Below are positions 1 to 7,300 of a DNA stretch of 32,000 bases, one piece after another. How positions within the stretch are numbered: position 1 is the first letter of the stretch; each line of letters starts with the position of its first letter. A program made the position numbers and the translations under genes. The stretch comes from Candidatus Methanophagaceae archaeon (GTDB lineage Archaea; Halobacteriota; Syntropharchaeia; Alkanophagales; Methanospirareceae). Where the stretch lies: contig PQXB01000001.1 of the NCBI GenBank assembly GCA_003194425.1, positions 580,444 to 612,443 on the forward strand. The letters run 5' to 3'. Below the pieces are notes generated by a model that was not told where the DNA came from, made no database searches, and saw only the letters and a list, made by a program, of their open reading frames with translations.

Positions 1-316
1 GCATCTCCACAGAGGGCTTAACGAGGTTGCGAAGCCAGTCTGGCGAGAATTCCGCCAAATAAATCGCTGCAGGGATGCCTACGGCTGCTGCGAGCACCAA
101 CGCACCGATTCCCACCACGAAAGTGCTCACAACAATCGGGAAAATGCCGAACTGGTCGTGAGAAGGGTGCCAGGTCATTCCAAAGAAAAACTCCCGCCAG
201 CCCAGCGTTAACGCAGGAAAGCCCTCTTTCAGCAGGAATGCGAGGATAAAAAAAACGATAAAAATGGACGAGAGGGCAGAGACGAACAACGCCCACTCTA
301 CTATTTTTTCTCCCAC
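1..316 (-). CDS. pstC: Phosphate ABC transporter permease PstC, N-terminal part (gene runs off the left edge)
   Basis: Absent from the ORF track because it is edge-truncated. My minus-strand translation in the frame that stays open to position 1 gives GEKIVEWALFVSALSSIFIVFFILAFLLKEGFPALTLGWREFFFGMTWHPSHDQFGIFPIVVSTFVVGIGALVLAAAVGIPAAIYLAEFSPDWLRNLVKPSVEM. This fits the PstC pattern (W.P...FGI.P...T, then YL.EF.P.WLR). A candidate GTG start at 316 overlaps the end of the upstream gene. The listed 18..296 ORF is a different, non-protein-like frame. Confidence 0.75.
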   Translation of the reverse strand, partial: MGEKIVEWALFVSALSSIFIVFFILAFLLKEGFPALTLGWREFFFGMTWHPSHDQFGIFPIVVSTFVVGIGALVLAAAVGIPAAIYLAEFSPDWLRNLVKPSVEM

Positions 317-1119
317 ACTAACTCCTGCCCCCCTTTTGAATACATTCTAAATATTTTCATCCCCCATTCTTCTTTTCCTGCTTCTCTTCCTGCTTCTTTT
401 CCTGCTTCTTTTCCTGCTTCTCTTCCTGCTTCTCTTCTTCCCTCGTCCCCCTCGCCCGCCTCGCAGATTTCAATCAGGTTGAACGACGGCGGAATGTTCC
501 ACTTCACCTTGCTACTGCACGCCGTCCCCGCGTTCACTACTGCCGTCCCGTTCAAGTTCCAGACCCACGGCACGTGTTTGTGTCCACAGAGCACGAGGTC
601 GGTCCCGCACCGAAGAAGCAGTTCAAGAACATCTCCTGCGTCTGTCAGAATGTTCCGCTCTCGCCCTGTCTTTGGAACCGAAATTAAATGGTGGTGGAGA
701 GCGACGACCTTAAAACTGTCCGTCCAGTCAGTCGTAAGGCAGCGCTCAATCCACTCATATTTCTCTCTCCCCACGTGCCCCTCGTCCAGGTCAGGCTGTG
801 TAGAATCCACGCCGACAACTGTCACTCCCTTGTGCTGCAGAATCTTCGACCTCGCTCCGAAAATCTCCTCAAAGCAAAGGTCGCCCACGTTCCTCGCGTC
901 GTGATTTCCCGGAACCACCACCTTCACCTCACACTCGATTCTCTCGATGTAACTCTTCGCTCGCACAAACTCTGAATAACTGCCCTCGTTGGTTAAATCG
1001 CCTGTAACTACCACAATCTCTGGCTTTACCTCGTTTATCCTTTTTATCACTTTCTCTGCCAACTCTGGCAGGAAATGCGATTTCCCTGTGTGAATATCCG
1101 AAATGTGCACGATTTTCAT
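301..1119 (-). CDS. Calcineurin-like metallophosphoesterase (no signal peptide), sitting between pstS and pstC
   Basis: 272 aa. Motifs in canonical order are HISDIHTG, VVVTGDLTNEG, PGNHD, ALHHH and CGHKH. ATG at 1119. The C-terminal part carries an EAG[KR] x5 repeat. Confidence 0.85.
   Translation of the reverse strand: MKIVHISDIHTGKSHFLPELAEKVIKRINEVKPEIVVVTGDLTNEGSYSEFVRAKSYIERIECEVKVVVPGNHDARNVGDLCFEEIFGARSKILQHKGVTVVGVDSTQPDLDEGHVGREKYEWIERCLTTDWTDSFKVVALHHHLISVPKTGRERNILTDAGDVLELLLRCGTDLVLCGHKHVPWVWNLNGTAVVNAGTACSSKVKWNIPPSFNLIEICEAGEGDEGRREAGREAGKEAGKEAGREAGKEEWGMKIFRMYSKGGQELVWEKK
377..436. repeat. 12-nt tandem repeat x5 (cctgcttct[c/t]tt) inside the metallophosphoesterase CDS
   Basis: Copies at 377-388, 389-400, 401-412, 413-424 and 425-436. 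They encode REAGREAGKEAGKEAGREAGKE on the minus strand. The unit is a multiple of 3. Confidence 0.95.
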
Positions 1120-1143
1120 TTCCTTTTCCTCTTTTCTTCCTCT

Positions 1144-2256
1144 TCACTTCCTCCTTTTCTCCCTCCCTCTGCGCACCGCGCAGGCTACTCCCGCTACCGC
1201 CAACAAACCTGCAACTCCAAATACCGCGTCAAATCCAGGTTGCGTTGGTGTCGTCGTTGGTGTTTCCGTTGCAGTTGGTCTCGGCGTCGTCTTGGGAGTC
1301 AGTTCAGGTGTTAGCGTCTCCTCAAGCGTCTCCTCAAGCGTCTCCTCAAGCGTCTCCTCAACAGGCAGTTTTATGTAGCCCATTTCGTCCACCACTTCCT
1401 GCCCCTCCTCGCTCAGCACGAAGTCAATGAACGCCGCCTCAAGTTCGCTCGGCGCCCCGTTCGTCACGAGGTACAAGTTCCGCGAGATTGGGTAAGCCCC
1501 AGAGAGCACGTTCTCCTCGGTCGCTGCCACGCCGTCTATTTTGACCGCTTTTACGGACGCGTCAAGGTAGCCGAGAGAGAGGTAGCCAATGCTCCTCTCG
1601 TCGCTACTGACCGTTGCTCTCACTTCGCCGTTCGAGGATTTTACCGCCGCGTTGGCAGCGATTTCCTTCCCAAACGGTTTCAGTACCGCCGTCTCAAAGC
1701 AGTCCCTCGTTCCAGACCCTTCTTCGCGCGTTACTACCCGAATCGCCTCGTCTCGTCCGCCCAGTTCCTTCCAGTTCGTTATTTCGCCTGCGAAGATTTT
1801 CGCTGCCTCTTCCAACTCCAGCCCTTGCCCTTGTCCCTGCCCCTGTTCGCTCACTGGATTGCTCGGATGCAGAACAATCGCCACGCTGTCCTTCCCTACG
1901 ACCACTGGCTTCAAGTTCGGAAACGCCTCCAGCTCTTTCACTTTTACATCCCGCGAGGCTGCGCCGATGTCAATTTCGCCTGCGCCCACTGCTTTTACGC
2001 CGTGTCCCGACCCGCCGCCAGAGACCGATATTCTCAGCTCGGGGTTCTGTTTCATCAGAAGCCTCGCACATTCCTGATTTATCGGTAGCACGGTCGTAGA
2101 ACCCGCGATTGTCAGCTCGCCCGAGAGTCCCGCTGCTTGCGCTGCTTGCGCTGCTCCTGTTGCCGCTGTCGCCACTGCTCCTGTTGCCGCTGTCGCCACT
2201 GCTACTACTGCCGCTGCTACTACTTTCCAAATCCATTTCGCCTTTATTTTCTCCAT
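1144..2256 (-). CDS. pstS: Phosphate-binding protein PstS with N-terminal signal peptide and C-terminal PGF-CTERM-type anchor
   Basis: 370 aa. PBP-like core: GSTTVLPINQ..., SVSGGGSGHGVKAV..GEIDIGAASR, EGSGTR. The N-terminus is hydrophobic. A Thr/Pro-rich linker is followed by PGFDAVFGVAGLLAVAGVACAVRRGREKRRK. Confidence 0.85.
   Translation of the reverse strand: MEKIKAKWIWKVVAAAVVAVATAATGAVATAATGAAQAAQAAGLSGELTIAGSTTVLPINQECARLLMKQNPELRISVSGGGSGHGVKAVGAGEIDIGAASRDVKVKELEAFPNLKPVVVGKDSVAIVLHPSNPVSEQGQGQGQGLELEEAAKIFAGEITNWKELGGRDEAIRVVTREEGSGTRDCFETAVLKPFGKEIAANAAVKSSNGEVRATVSSDERSIGYLSLGYLDASVKAVKIDGVAATEENVLSGAYPISRNLYLVTNGAPSELEAAFIDFVLSEEGQEVVDEMGYIKLPVEETLEETLEETLEETLTPELTPKTTPRPTATETPTTTPTQPGFDAVFGVAGLLAVAGVACAVRRGREKRRK
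1313..1360. repeat. 12-nt tandem repeat x4 (agcgtctcctca) in pstS
   Basis: Perfect copies at 1313, 1325, 1337 and 1349. They encode EETLEETLEETLEETL just before the Thr/Pro linker. Confidence 0.95.
2132..2200. repeat. 9-nt x2 (gctgcttgc) and 24-nt x2 (gctcctgttgccgctgtcgccact) tandem repeats in the pstS signal-peptide region
   Basis: 9-mers at 2132-2149 and 24-mers at 2153-2176 and 2177-2200. They encode AVATAATG AVATAATG AAQ AAQ. Confidence 0.9.
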
Positions 2257-2287
2257 TTTTTCACCTTAATAATGTAGTAAATAAAGG

Positions 2288-2308
2288 AATTATATAAAGT
2301 TTTCTAAA
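2288..2308 (-). promoter_or_regulatory. Candidate archaeal BRE/TATA promoter for the pstS operon
   Basis: The minus strand reads tttagaaaacTTTATATAatt. The TATA box lies about 34 nt upstream of the pstS ATG (2256), preceded by a purine-rich BRE-like agaaaac. An aggtga SD-like element sits 7 nt before the ATG. Confidence 0.45.
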
Positions 2309-2374
2309 TTTATCTAAAAAACAAAGAAAATATATAAAACACGAAAAATACAGAAATAAATTACAGGAAGAAAA

Positions 2375-3199
2375 TTACCGAAAGAGGTCGTCCTCGCGGT
2401 TGAACAAGACCTCTTTTATGCCCTCGCCTTCCTCTTCCTTACCCTCCTCTTCCTTACCCTCCTCCTCCTTCTCACCCCTCTTACACTTAAACCTCAGCCC
2501 CCGCACGATTGCAATCGGAACGCTCTCCTTAAATTCGCCCATCACGAGATTCGCAGCCGCACAGACCTCGTCTGCCACCGCTTCTTTTGTAATTCTCGCG
2601 ATTCTGCCAAACCTGTCCTCCTCCCCCCTCCTGTCCAGCAGAGCGGGAACGCCAGACCCAGAGACGCCCACGCAGACCCCGGTTACGCCGCTTCTAAACG
2701 CCCTGCCAAAAGAGTCGGAAATTAGAACCGAAATCTCCTTCCCTGTCCTCGCTTCAATTTCCCTCTTAAGCCGCTCTGCACTCCGCTGCGGGTCTTTGGG
2801 CAGCAGAACCGCCCTGCCCTCCTCGACATTTGACTCGTCCACACCCGCGTTTGCACAGACGAACCCGTGCCGTGTCTCCACGATTAGGTTGTTGTTTCTC
2901 ACTCGCACCACCTCTTTTGTGTCGTTGAGGACGAGTTGAACGAGCCGCGGGTCCTTCTCGGTCTCTTCCGCAATCCGCACCGCCTCTGGGGTCGGCTTTA
3001 CGCTTGAAAGGAGAACGACCCGCCCCTCGCTCTTCGCTACTATTTTTGAAGTAACTACTACTGCGTCTCCGTCCTCCAAACTCTCTTTCCTCGCTGCCAA
3101 AGCCGTAAAAAATAAATCTGTCAAGTCGTCGCCCTCTTTTACCTCTGGAAGCCCCTCTACGCCGATTATTTCCAAGCGGTCAAACATTTTCTTCTTCAC
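2375..3199 (-). CDS. cofE: Coenzyme F420:L-glutamate ligase (F420-0:gamma-glutamyl ligase) CofE
   Basis: 274 aa. CofE-like sequence throughout: GLPEVKEGDDL..., DGDAVVVTSKIVAKSEGR, GFVCANAGVDESN, VLISDSFGRAFR.G..GV.VG. The start could be M1 or M5. The C-terminal tail is GEKEEEGKEEEGKEEEGEG. Confidence 0.85.
   Translation of the reverse strand: MKKKMFDRLEIIGVEGLPEVKEGDDLTDLFFTALAARKESLEDGDAVVVTSKIVAKSEGRVVLLSSVKPTPEAVRIAEETEKDPRLVQLVLNDTKEVVRVRNNNLIVETRHGFVCANAGVDESNVEEGRAVLLPKDPQRSAERLKREIEARTGKEISVLISDSFGRAFRSGVTGVCVGVSGSGVPALLDRRGEEDRFGRIARITKEAVADEVCAAANLVMGEFKESVPIAIVRGLRFKCKRGEKEEEGKEEEGKEEEGEGIKEVLFNREDDLFR
2431..2460. repeat. 15-nt tandem repeat x2 (cctcttccttaccct) plus degenerate flanks in the cofE 3' end
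   Basis: Perfect copies at 2431-2445 and 2446-2460. They encode (GKEEE)n. Confidence 0.9.
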
Positions 3200-3234
3200 T
3201 CTTGCTTTTTCTTAAAGAAGGTATTTTTTTAATT

Positions 3235-3417
3235 ATGAAAAAAGAACTGATGGAAATACTCGCCTGCCCGGTCTGCAAGGGCGATTTGGAACTGACCCTG
3301 CAAAAAGAGGACGAGCGGGGGGAAGTGGTGGTCGGGAGTTTGCATTGCCGAAAGTGCGACCAGCGGTACCCGATTGAGGACGGAATTCCCAACCTACTGC
3401 CACCTGAGCTGAGATAA
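3235..3417 (+). CDS. Trm112-family small zinc-ribbon protein
   Basis: MKKELMEILACPVCKGDLEL...LHCRKCDQRYPIEDGIPNLLP matches the Trm112/UPF0434 pattern (CPxC...CxxC..YPI.DGIP.LL). I prefer the ATG at 3235 over the TTG at 3202 given in the ORF track. Confidence 0.8.
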   Translation: MKKELMEILACPVCKGDLELTLQKEDERGEVVVGSLHCRKCDQRYPIEDGIPNLLPPELR

Positions 3418-3424
3418 CGGGTGC

Positions 3425-3568
3425 CTACCCTACCTCTCCCTACCCTTCCCTACCTCTCCCCTACCCTTCCCCTCCTCTTCCTACCCTTCCCCTCCTCTTC
3501 CTACCCTTCCCCTCCTCTTCCTACCCTTCCCCTCCTCTCCTCTCCTCTCCTCTCCCTTCCCCTCTCTA
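3425..3568. repeat. Intergenic polypyrimidine minisatellite; core 20-nt unit ctacccttcccctcctcttc x4
   Basis: Units at 3461-3480, 3481-3500 and 3501-3520 are perfect, and 3521-3540 has one change. Degenerate C/T-only flanks span 3425-3460 and 3541-3568. The plus strand is almost pure pyrimidine. The unit is not a multiple of 3. Confidence 0.95.
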
Positions 3569-3725
3569 ACCCTAAGCCCGTTTAATTTGCGGGTAAAACA
3601 GGACTGCCCGAGGGGGAAGGAGTATTAGTGGACGTTCCTCTGCAACAGCCTCGCTGCGACTGTTTCGCTTCTCCCCTCTTTCCCCCGCCACGATAAAAGC
3701 ATCGTCATTATTTTACCCAAATAAG

Positions 3726-3887
3726 ATGAAATTGAAGATAGCGGGATTTGTAGAGAATGTCAGACCCTACGATGTCAGAATAGTCGCCGAGGGCGAAGGG
3801 GCGAGCGTAGACCTGTTCGTTGAGAGGGCGAGGATAAAGAAGAGTGAGGATAAAGAAGAGGACGAGGATAAAGAAGTTTCCGATTGA
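3726..3887 (+). pseudogene. Short ORF resembling the central part of an acylphosphatase-like domain (possible gene remnant)
   Basis: My translation is MKLKIAGFVENVRPYDVRIVAEGEGASVDLFVERARIKKSEDKEEDEDKEVSD. The segment G[FW]V.N....V.IVAEGE...V..F.E.A resembles acylphosphatase. The N-terminal V.G.VQGV.FR phosphate loop is absent, although the frame is open upstream to about 3597. The 3' end carries a gaggataaagaag x3 repeat. Confidence 0.3.
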
Positions 3888-3983
3888 GCTAGAGAGCCGA
3901 GCGGATAGAGAATGAAATATAGGGGATAAAAATTAAAATCGGTGTATTTTGAAATACGAATTTGCTAAAAGGAAAGGGAAAAG

Positions 3984-4811
3984 ATGGGAAAAGTATTTTT
4001 AGTGGGTGCTGGACCGGGGGACCCCGAGTTGTTAAGTTTGAAGGCGAGTAGGCTCATAAAAGAGGCGGATGTGATTTTGACTGACAACTTGGTCTTTGGA
4101 GTGAAGAAGCAAATTCCAGAGGGCAAGAAAATCGTTGACGTCGGGAAGACCGCAGAGAGGCACAAACTCTCGCAGGACGAAATAAACAGGCTCTTGGTTG
4201 AACTCGCGGTCTCGGGGAAGTACGAGAAGGTAGTGCGGTTGAAGGGCGGAGACCCTTTCATTTTCGGCAGAGGCAGCGAAGAGGCGCTGTTTCTAAAAGA
4301 ACACGGCGTTGATTTTGAGGTGGTGCCGGGAATAAGTTCTGCAGTCGCGGTTCCCGCGGATTTCGGCATTCCGCTTACGCACCGCGGCGTCTCCTCCTCG
4401 GTTACCGTTGTTACGGGGCACGAGCAAGAGAAGGAAGAGAAAGAGGAAGGAGAAGAAGGGAAAGGAGAAGAAGGGAAAGGAGAAGGAGGCGGGCTTGACT
4501 GGGAGGCGGTTGCGAATTTGAGAGGCACGCTCGTAATTTTGATGGGGGCGGGCAACCTTGCCAGGAATGTTGGCAGGCTCTTGAAGCACGGAATGCCTGC
4601 CGAGACGCCTGTTGCGGTGCTTGAGCGAGGCTTCACTTCAGACGCCAGAATTGTAGTCGGCGAACTCGGAAACATCGTGAAATTGGCAAGGCAAGCGAGA
4701 GTGAAACCTCCTGCGGTGGTCGTAGTCGGAGAGGTGGTGAAGGTGAGGGAGAAATTACAAAAATCAAAATCACAAAATCTTGTCGGCTCGCAGAACCTCC
4801 AGGAACCGTAG
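3984..4811 (+). CDS. cobA: Uroporphyrinogen-III C-methyltransferase (SUMT)
   Basis: 275 aa. Matching segments: VFLVGAGPGDPELLSLKA, VVRLKGGDPFIFGRGSEE, FEVVPGISSAVAVPA..GIPLTHRG, SSVTVVTGHE, GTLVILMG. An insertion QEKEEKEEGEEGKGEEGKGEGGG is present. The 3' end overlaps the convergent gene by 42 nt. Confidence 0.9.
   Translation: MGKVFLVGAGPGDPELLSLKASRLIKEADVILTDNLVFGVKKQIPEGKKIVDVGKTAERHKLSQDEINRLLVELAVSGKYEKVVRLKGGDPFIFGRGSEEALFLKEHGVDFEVVPGISSAVAVPADFGIPLTHRGVSSSVTVVTGHEQEKEEKEEGEEGKGEEGKGEGGGLDWEAVANLRGTLVILMGAGNLARNVGRLLKHGMPAETPVAVLERGFTSDARIVVGELGNIVKLARQARVKPPAVVVVGEVVKVREKLQKSKSQNLVGSQNLQEP
4449..4489. repeat. 15-nt tandem repeat (ggagaagaagggaaa) x2 plus a partial third copy in cobA
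   Basis: Perfect copies at 4449-4463 and 4464-4478, and a partial copy at 4479-4489. They encode GEEGK GEEGK GEGG inside a purine-only tract (about 4425-4492). Confidence 0.9.
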
Positions 4812-6164
4812 AACTGAGTAAGCGGCTCTGCTAATTCCCGCGCTCCTCTTCTCCGCGTCGGTTCCCACGGTGTAGAGATTTTTCACGGGCGTCCTCACAT
4901 CGCCGAACCCTGCGTTAATCGCCCAGCACGCCTTCTCTGGCACCAACTCCTGACAGTGCACCATTTCTACCGCCCGCTCAATCCCGGGGACAGTTTTTAG
5001 AATCGCGTCAAACGCCTTTCGCCTCTCTCTTCTCCTCTCTCTTTCGGCGTTGGCTTTGGCGTTGGCTTTGGCGTTGGCTTTGTAGCCCTCGCTCTCGGGC
5101 AGTGAGAAAGTGAAGCCCACGAGTTGCCGACCGTGCGGTGCTAACTTCGGGTCGTAGTTCGAGGTCGGGACGACCCACGCGTAAGGGTCAGAGTCAACCC
5201 ACATTTCCGAGCCGCGGTTCTTAAAAATCTTCCTCGTCAGACCGAGCCAAATCGTCAGTGAATTAACCGCCCGAATTGACCGCAAATTCTCAACGTACTC
5301 CCCCGGCAACTCGCCTCCTTCAATCTCAACCAAGTCTGGCAGACTCGAGGCAGGTCCAGAATAAACCACCGCCTCGCAACTGTAACTGCCCGCCCTCGTA
5401 ACCACTTCCGCAACCTCTCTTTCAGAATTTATTTTTACCACTTCCTCGCCGGTCTTGACTTCTACCCGGTTTTTGGGAAAGGATTTCAGGAGAGAGCCGA
5501 GGAGAGACTGAAGACCGCCTTCGGGGTAGCCCTGGTCTCGGGCGCCTTCCGAGATGAGCAGGTTGTAGATTTTTCCGATGTAGGGGATTGAGTTGGGTTT
5601 GTGGTTTTTGTTGTCGATGAACCGCGAGACGGGGGCGTTCTCAGCAGAGGTGCCGAGCATAAAGTACGAGAGCCAGTCCAAAAATCTTCTGCCCTTTGCT
5701 GAGAGTTTAGCAGGGAGAATTGCACTTATCGGGACTGCCGACAAGTCCTTACCAACGCTCGAGAGGTACAGCACATTGAAGAGCGACTTCATCAGCAGCA
5801 GCCGGTCTTTTGTGGGCAGCAGGTCAAACATCAGCCAGTCCTTAACGCTCCACGGAAACGGCTTGGTTCGCCCGCCAATCCGAACGTAGTAAGTCCCGAA
5901 CGGAACGAACCTCGGAAGAACCGCTGGATCAAAATACCGATTCATCAACTCCCGCAACGGTCCCCGCTCCAGCCTCGTTAGCGCGTGCACGCCAGTGTCA
6001 ACCCAGTAGCCTGGGTAGCCCTCAACCTCGTAAGACCGACAGACGCCCCCGAGAAAATTCTCTTTCTCCAGAACCAAAACCCGCTTTCCTTCCTTCGACA
6101 ACGCTAAAGCGGACAGCAGCCCGCTAATTCCCGCACCTACTACAACGACCCCGTAATCCGTCAT
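4770..6164 (-). CDS. FAD-dependent oxidoreductase, phytoene-desaturase (CrtI/COG1233)-like
   Basis: N-terminal Rossmann motif VVVVGAGISGLLSALALSKEGKRVLVLEK..FLGG, with a length and C-terminal region typical of the family. I prefer the ATG at 6164 (MTDYG...); the ORF track extends to a GTG at 6179. Substrate cannot be assigned. Confidence 0.7.
   Translation of the reverse strand: MTDYGVVVVGAGISGLLSALALSKEGKRVLVLEKENFLGGVCRSYEVEGYPGYWVDTGVHALTRLERGPLRELMNRYFDPAVLPRFVPFGTYYVRIGGRTKPFPWSVKDWLMFDLLPTKDRLLLMKSLFNVLYLSSVGKDLSAVPISAILPAKLSAKGRRFLDWLSYFMLGTSAENAPVSRFIDNKNHKPNSIPYIGKIYNLLISEGARDQGYPEGGLQSLLGSLLKSFPKNRVEVKTGEEVVKINSEREVAEVVTRAGSYSCEAVVYSGPASSLPDLVEIEGGELPGEYVENLRSIRAVNSLTIWLGLTRKIFKNRGSEMWVDSDPYAWVVPTSNYDPKLAPHGRQLVGFTFSLPESEGYKANAKANAKANAERERRRERRKAFDAILKTVPGIERAVEMVHCQELVPEKACWAINAGFGDVRTPVKNLYTVGTDAEKRSAGISRAAYSVLRFLEVLRADKIL
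5046..5081. repeat. 12-nt tandem repeat x3 (ggcgttggcttt) in the oxidoreductase CDS
   Basis: Copies at 5046, 5058 and 5070. They encode KANAKANAKANA. Confidence 0.95.
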
Positions 6165-6221
6165 TTTTACGCTTTGCACCTTTACACTAACTAAAAATCT
6201 TCTTTAATTAGAAATTAGAAC

Positions 6222-7169
6222 TTACAGCCAAATGAAAAAGAGGTAGCTGACATAAACAGCAGCCAGCACGCCCGCCTCTCTCCTTCCCAACACCCTCCTC
6301 CTAAACGCACTCACGCCCAAAAAGATCAAGACCGAGAGCAGAAGGTAGAACGCGGAGAGTCCAATGCTTCCGTGAATTTGGGTTGCAGCAACGAAACTGA
6401 ACGGCAGTCCGACGCCAGCCAGAATATCGAAAATATTGCTTCCGAGTGCGTTAGAGACCGCCAGGCTACCCATTCCGTTCCGCGCCGCCTGCACCGAGAC
6501 GAAGAGGTCTGGAATTGAGGTCGCCACCGCCACGACGACGAGGCTAAAGACCGATTCCGAGAGCCCTAACGCCTCCGTAACATAAACTACTGACCGCACC
6601 ATCACATCTGCACTCAACGCGATGCCCACGACTCCAAGACCGCAGTAAAGAACCGCTCTCTTCATCGAGAGATATTTGTACTCTTCTCTGTGAACGAACC
6701 GCCCGTTTACCGCGTCCCTGAAGAGCCAGGCGAAGTAGACGATGTAAAGCAAGAACCAAGCCAGTGCCTCCCAGCGCGTCAGAACCCCGTCCAAAATCCC
6801 AAGAATCGTAACCAGCACAACGAGCAGGTAGAACGCACCGTCCCGCTTGAGCACCTTCTCGTCGAGAACGCATTTCCGCACCCAGACCGAGAAGGCGACG
6901 AGGAGCGAGATATTAAAAATCGCCGAGCCCACGATTGTGCCAATTCCGATGTCGGGGTGCCCTTTCAGAACCGAGAAGCACGAGGCACTCATCTCCGGCG
7001 CACTGCTCGCCATCGCAGCCACCGAAGCGCCCGCAACCGATTCCGGCACATTGAAACGCTTGGCAAGAGTCCCCAAACCGCTGACAAAAACATTCGTTAA
7101 GTAGAAGAACGACACAAAACAGCCCACCAGCGCAAGAACCGCAACCCCTAACTCCCACTCGTAACTCAA
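6222..7169 (-). CDS. Na+/Ca2+ exchanger family (CaCA, YrbG-like) membrane protein
   Basis: 315 aa and polytopic. Two alpha-repeat signatures are present: GASVAAMASSAPEMS...GTIVGSAIFN and VVAVATSIPDLFVS...SNALGSNIFDI. TTG start at 7169. Confidence 0.85.
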   Translation of the reverse strand: MSYEWELGVAVLALVGCFVSFFYLTNVFVSGLGTLAKRFNVPESVAGASVAAMASSAPEMSASCFSVLKGHPDIGIGTIVGSAIFNISLLVAFSVWVRKCVLDEKVLKRDGAFYLLVVLVTILGILDGVLTRWEALAWFLLYIVYFAWLFRDAVNGRFVHREEYKYLSMKRAVLYCGLGVVGIALSADVMVRSVVYVTEALGLSESVFSLVVVAVATSIPDLFVSVQAARNGMGSLAVSNALGSNIFDILAGVGLPFSFVAATQIHGSIGLSAFYLLLSVLIFLGVSAFRRRVLGRREAGVLAAVYVSYLFFIWL

Positions 7170-7229
7170 CCAATCCTCTCCCCTTTATTTTTCATCCCTG
7201 CTTAAACTTTTATGTAATTATAAAATATT

Positions 7230-7287
7230 AGCCGTGCCGAGCTTAGCCGTGCCGAGCTTAGCCGTGCCGAGCTTAGCCGTGCCGAGC
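7230..7287. repeat. Intergenic 15-nt tandem repeat x3.9 (agccgtgccgagctt)
   Basis: Perfect copies at 7230, 7245 and 7260, and a partial copy at 7275-7287. The array ends 13 nt before the ATPase ATG (7301) and lies downstream of the A/T-rich tatgtaattataaaatatt. Confidence 0.95.
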
Positions 7288-7300
7288 GGGACGAGAAACT

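Noticed and set aside
18-296. Listed 92-aa minus-strand ORF (MGVVRLCPLVHFYRFF...)
   Set aside because: The composition is not protein-like. Another minus-strand frame over the same DNA gives a clean PstC N-terminus that continues past the window edge, so this ORF is an out-of-frame shadow.
3425-3568. Considered whether the tandem arrays (3425-3568, 7230-7287, 21987-22031 and others) are CRISPR arrays
   Set aside because: The repeats are directly abutting with no unique spacers, the units are only 13-20 nt, and no cas genes are present. They are micro- or minisatellites, not CRISPR.
3944-3957. Palindrome GTATTT-TG-AAATAC 26 nt upstream of cobA
   Set aside because: The arms are only 6 bp and lie in A/T-rich DNA, so chance occurrence is likely. 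I saw no second copy in the window.
3965-4675. 236-aa ORF antisense to cobA (Ser/Pro/Thr-rich)
   Set aside because: It fully overlaps a confidently identified SUMT gene on the other strand. The low-complexity S/P/F composition, including translation of the repeat tract, marks it as a shadow ORF.
4770-4811. 42-nt convergent overlap of the cobA and oxidoreductase 3' ends
   Set aside because: It probably reflects a late stop in cobA, whose tail KLQKSKSQNLVGSQNLQEP lies beyond the conserved SUMT core. It is not a meaningful antisense arrangement.
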